A stretch of 62,198 nt of DNA, the filler included, from Nitrospinota bacterium (lineage in GTDB: Bacteria > JAUXIQ01), in NCBI GenBank assembly GCA_030620925.1. It is 9 parts of 9 records of this genome, joined end to end, with 100 filler letters (N's around TTAATTAATTAA, not from the genome) between each part and the next. Parts side by side here need not be neighbours in the genome. Positions count along the whole stretch, not along the records: positions 49,756 to 62,198 come from JAUXIQ010000019.1; 8 more parts are not named here. The stretch is one strand, 5' to 3'. Made by a program: the position numbers and the translations under genes. The notes beneath the pieces were generated by a model. It had not been told where the DNA came from and did no database searches. It worked only from the letters and a program-made list of their open reading frames with translations. This document shows positions 59,464 to 62,198 of this stretch, in pieces; positions within the stretch are counted from its first letter, which is position 1, and each line of letters opens with the position of its first letter.

Positions 59464-59771
59464 GAGGCGGGCCCCCCAGCCGGAGCCGCGGGGGCCACGG
59501 TAGGGATTGAGGCCACCACCCGTTTAAGAATTAGATATCCGATCAAGTCCTTGATGGTATCTTCCTGTTGGTATTGCCGCCCCCTCGACAGGCGGCTCAG
59601 CTTATCGTCTATGCGGATGTTTATCCCCTCTAAGGCGTTCGTACTGGAAAAAATCCAGATAGGATCAGCGGCCGCGTTTCCGTAGGACTCGTTTTTCGCT
59701 AAGAGCATTCTTTTGATTTCGTCACACTCTTTTTCGATCTTCTCTGCCATTTGTTCTGTATTTAAAGCCAT
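59460..59771 (-). CDS. DUF1599 / nucleotide-modification-associated domain 1 protein
   Basis: KNESYGN, RIDDKLSR, EDTIKDLIGY. Confidence 0.8.
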   Translation of the reverse strand: MALNTEQMAEKIEKECDEIKRMLLAKNESYGNAAADPIWIFSSTNALEGINIRIDDKLSRLSRGRQYQQEDTIKDLIGYLILKRVVASIPTVAPAAPAGGPAS

Positions 59772-59804
59772 GCTGTACCTCCTAAAGTGTTATAGTTTCC
59801 AGAA

Positions 59805-59833
59805 AGCCTACGCTATAGTAACGGCCCTGTCAA
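59805..59833 (-). promoter_or_regulatory. Internal sigma70 promoter for the DUF1599-to-primase genes
   Basis: TTGACA-17-TAGGCT overlapping the helicase 3' end. Confidence 0.55.
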
Positions 59834-61442
59834 TACGCAATTTCAATTCGGTGGCGTCCCGCGCACCGAGAGCCTGGGCACTAAGAACGTCAACCCCGAA
59901 CCCGAAATAGAAACGCCGGTAGCTCTCCGAGTCCGGCCGCCCGGCGGCGCGTTGGTGCCCAGCCCATAGAGCTATCGAACCTCTAAGCTCCGACTGCGCC
60001 GCCTGTTTCTGCCTGAACCTCTTCGCCGCGCTCATGGCCGCAACGTGCGCTAACCGCCCCGCCCCGCTGATAGCCAAGTACTCCGGCGGGGTCATCCCGA
60101 CGTCAACCACATCCCCCCGCATTGCCGCCAGAACGGCCGGATCCAGCTCGTTGAGGTCCCCGTCCACAAACTCCGGGCCGGACCTGGCCGCCGGTCTTGC
60201 TTTGTGACCACAATAGGGGCAAGTGGAATAGATCCGCTCGTAAACGGCCGTACAAGACGGGCAGGCCTTAACGGGGATAACGTCGTCGGGCGTCCCCCTG
60301 GAGACCTTTTCCCGCCTGTCAAGGGACCACACCCGGTGCGCGTCGGGGAGGCCGTGCCGTTCAACATTCCCCACATGGTCGATAATAATAGCATACAGCT
60401 TGCCTGGTATCGGTCGGAGAGCCCGCCCGAACTGCTGAGCGTAAAGGCTGAACGACTGAGTGGGACGCGCCATGCTGACCACCTCCACCGCTGGTACGTC
60501 CACCCCCTCCCCCAGAATATCAACGTTAACGAGCTGTAAGAGTTTCCGGTTTTTAAAGTCCCGCATGATCTGGACGCGGTCCGAGTCTTTGGTTTTGGCG
60601 TGAACCACCGCCGCCGGAACCCCCGAGGCGTTAAACTGGGCAGCTATGTTCGTTGCGGTCTCCACGTCTGAAGCGAAAGTAATACCGAGCTTATCTGGTG
60701 CAATTTTTAGATAGTGGGAAACCACGTCCCCCACGACGTGAGATTTCCGAACGGCAGTTTTAAGGGTAGGCGCGGAGTAATCACCGTTGACCCCGATCTT
60801 TACGGTTGAAAGGTCCAGGTCAGAGGGCGGGGCGAATATTCGGTAGTCTGCCAGGAACCCTCGGTTTATGAGATCCCGCATCCCAGGCCCTTCGACCATT
60901 TCCTGGAACACCCCGTCCGCATGGGCGCCTAAACCCTTACCGTCCGCCCGGCGAGGCGTAGCCGTGACGCCCAGGCCTTTAGCGTTGGGGAACATTGTGG
61001 AGGCAGAGCCCCATTTATTAGCCCGTAGAACGTGGTGCGCCTCGTCCGTAACCCACAGTGTAACCCCTTTGCACCAAGGGGCTAATTTATCCCGCCTGGC
61101 GTTCAAGGTATCCACCCCGGCGACGGCTACCTTGGCGGAGGGGTGATAGAAAGACTGCCCGAGTTCTTCCATTTGCATCCGGCTGACCATCTTAACCACA
61201 TTGTTCGGGCCTATAATACGGTGGTAGATTCCGTGCTTAGCGAAGGATAGCGAAATCTGGCTTACGATCTCCTGGCGGTGGGCTATGGCCACAGCTTGCC
61301 CGGCGTGTTCCGCTACGATTTCGGAAAATACCCAAGTTTTACCGCCCCCGGTGGGGAGCACCGCGAGGGTATTTTTTACCCCGCTGTCCCAGGAGCTGTA
61401 CACCGCGTGTTTTAGATCTGTTTGGTATTGCCTGTTAGACAT
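59808..61442 (-). CDS. SF2 DEAH helicase with C-terminal Zn finger
   Basis: RQYQ, PTGGGKT, DEAH, TATP, EGVD, QQFGRALR, CPSC..CPYC. Confidence 0.93.
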   Translation of the reverse strand: MSNRQYQTDLKHAVYSSWDSGVKNTLAVLPTGGGKTWVFSEIVAEHAGQAVAIAHRQEIVSQISLSFAKHGIYHRIIGPNNVVKMVSRMQMEELGQSFYHPSAKVAVAGVDTLNARRDKLAPWCKGVTLWVTDEAHHVLRANKWGSASTMFPNAKGLGVTATPRRADGKGLGAHADGVFQEMVEGPGMRDLINRGFLADYRIFAPPSDLDLSTVKIGVNGDYSAPTLKTAVRKSHVVGDVVSHYLKIAPDKLGITFASDVETATNIAAQFNASGVPAAVVHAKTKDSDRVQIMRDFKNRKLLQLVNVDILGEGVDVPAVEVVSMARPTQSFSLYAQQFGRALRPIPGKLYAIIIDHVGNVERHGLPDAHRVWSLDRREKVSRGTPDDVIPVKACPSCTAVYERIYSTCPYCGHKARPAARSGPEFVDGDLNELDPAVLAAMRGDVVDVGMTPPEYLAISGAGRLAHVAAMSAAKRFRQKQAAQSELRGSIALWAGHQRAAGRPDSESYRRFYFGFGVDVLSAQALGARDATELKLRIDRAVTIA

Positions 61443-61899
61443 TACAGGGCACCTCTGACCCGGGTCTACCGACAGGCTCGTCGGTGACTTCGATATACAC
61501 CCTGACCGCAGCCCAGAAGTGCCCCCGGTGGTCCGGTTGGTCCAGGGCCGGGGCATTCTCGAAAGTTATAAACCCCCCGTTGACCCCGGCGTCGTCGTCG
61601 TCTGTGTCCCACATCCACCCTCCCCATCTTTTTTTCTGGACATTCTCCTCCGGTCCGCCCCCGGTTTGTTTCTCGGTCAAACCCGCCTGCCCCCTATCCC
61701 CCCGGGCCCTTTTTTCCTGTGCTGGGTCAACAGGGCGATCGTAACCGCCGCAAGTATCTGCCAGGGGGCAGTCTTCTAATATAAAGAGGTCCCCGGTCAT
61801 CTGCAAATTAAGGCTTTCCGTCGGGCCCAATGCAACCCAGGCTACGCAAGTACCATACCGTTTACACTCCCCACAACTCTCCACGATTATCACTTTCAA
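61435..61899 (-). CDS. Hypothetical phage protein
   Basis: GGGAGG RBS before TTG; CxxC..C..CPL. Confidence 0.65.
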   Translation of the reverse strand: MKVIIVESCGECKRYGTCVAWVALGPTESLNLQMTGDLFILEDCPLADTCGGYDRPVDPAQEKRARGDRGQAGLTEKQTGGGPEENVQKKRWGGWMWDTDDDDAGVNGGFITFENAPALDQPDHRGHFWAAVRVYIEVTDEPVGRPGSEVPCNV

Positions 61900-61927
61900 A
61901 ATTTTTCCTCCCAGTTAATATTTCTTG

Positions 61928-61956
61928 TTGACAGGTTGGATAATACGGCATAGTAT
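61928..61956 (+). promoter_or_regulatory. Sigma70 promoter
   Basis: TTGACA-17-TAGTAT. Confidence 0.7.
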
Positions 61957-62002
61957 CAGAAAAAACAAGAACAAAAACACTAACCGAATAAACGGAGGCA
62001 AC

Positions 62003-62198
62003 ATGGCGAAAGACGTGATCAGTTTTATTGTACCGGTGGAGTATAACTCCCTTATTAGAACTTCCGAGATGCTGCGGAATCTGGCCGGGGATCTCCCGGG
62101 CGTCGGGATCGTAACGGAAACGGCAGCGACCGTAACGGAAACGGCAGCGACCGTAACGGAAACGGCAGCGACCGTAACGGAAACGGCAGCGACCGTAA
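62003..62198 (+). CDS. Phage protein with VTETAAT repeats, runs off the window
   Basis: GGAGG RBS; MAKDVISF...GIVTETAATVTETAAT...; absent from the ORF track because it has no stop in the window. Confidence 0.75.
   Translation, partial: MAKDVISFIVPVEYNSLIRTSEMLRNLAGDLPGVGIVTETAATVTETAATVTETAATVTETAATV
62110..62198 (+). repeat. 21-bp perfect tandem repeat, at least 4.2 copies
   Basis: CGTAACGGAAACGGCAGCGAC. Confidence 0.97.

Larger units (their letters stand above)
49756..62198. mobile_element. Tailed phage/prophage fragment (replication and early region)
   Basis: Helicase, VRR-NUC, C5-MTase, primase-helicase, DUF4406, DUF1599, many short overlapping ORFs; no host genes. Confidence 0.92.

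Noticed and set aside
62110-62198. CRISPR array or telomere-like repeat
   Set aside because: No spacers; in frame within an ORF with a good RBS
49756-62198. DGR, retron or complete restriction-modification system
   Set aside because: No reverse transcriptase motifs or TR/VR pair; VRR-NUC beside a helicase is a normal phage replication nuclease

Overview
The window is not one locus. It is nine unrelated contigs joined by eight identical 100-bp artificial linkers (44 N + TTAATTAATTAA + 44 N), as in a concatenated MAG or draft genome, so gene order across linkers has no meaning. Contigs 1-8 (1-49655) are GC-rich bacterial chromosome. They carry acyl-CoA and beta-oxidation genes (CoA ligase, SDRs, MaoC, acyl-CoA dehydrogenase, family III CoA-transferases, crotonase, Mce, PrpD-like, a divergent B12 mutase) and housekeeping genes (trxB, pepA, cobB, phoH, glnD, pheA-hisC-tyrA-cmk-rpsA-sppA-ihfB-macro-miaA-hflX). 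They also carry a decaying ArsR-rhodanese/DUF2892/MMPL/LolA-like operon and a small island of membrane proteins with non-processable type IV pilin-like heads. Contig 9 (49756-62198) is a tailed-phage replication region: SF2 helicase, DUF1599, VRR-NUC, C5 DNA methyltransferase, double TetR-HTH, NrS-1-like primase-helicase, DUF4406, a 4x Zn-ribbon protein, an origin-like intergenic region and two 21-bp tandem arrays. The best leads are: an M.EcoHK31I-beta-like gene nested out of frame inside the phage methyltransferase; the GYF_2/TM2/DUF2628 + pilin-head island; a phage small RNA starting with an anti-Shine-Dalgarno sequence; the origin/repeat-leader/Zn-ribbon module; the mutase with rewritten specificity residues; and a cmk gene with no canonical start codon. 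All family assignments come from recognising motifs by eye; no searches were run.
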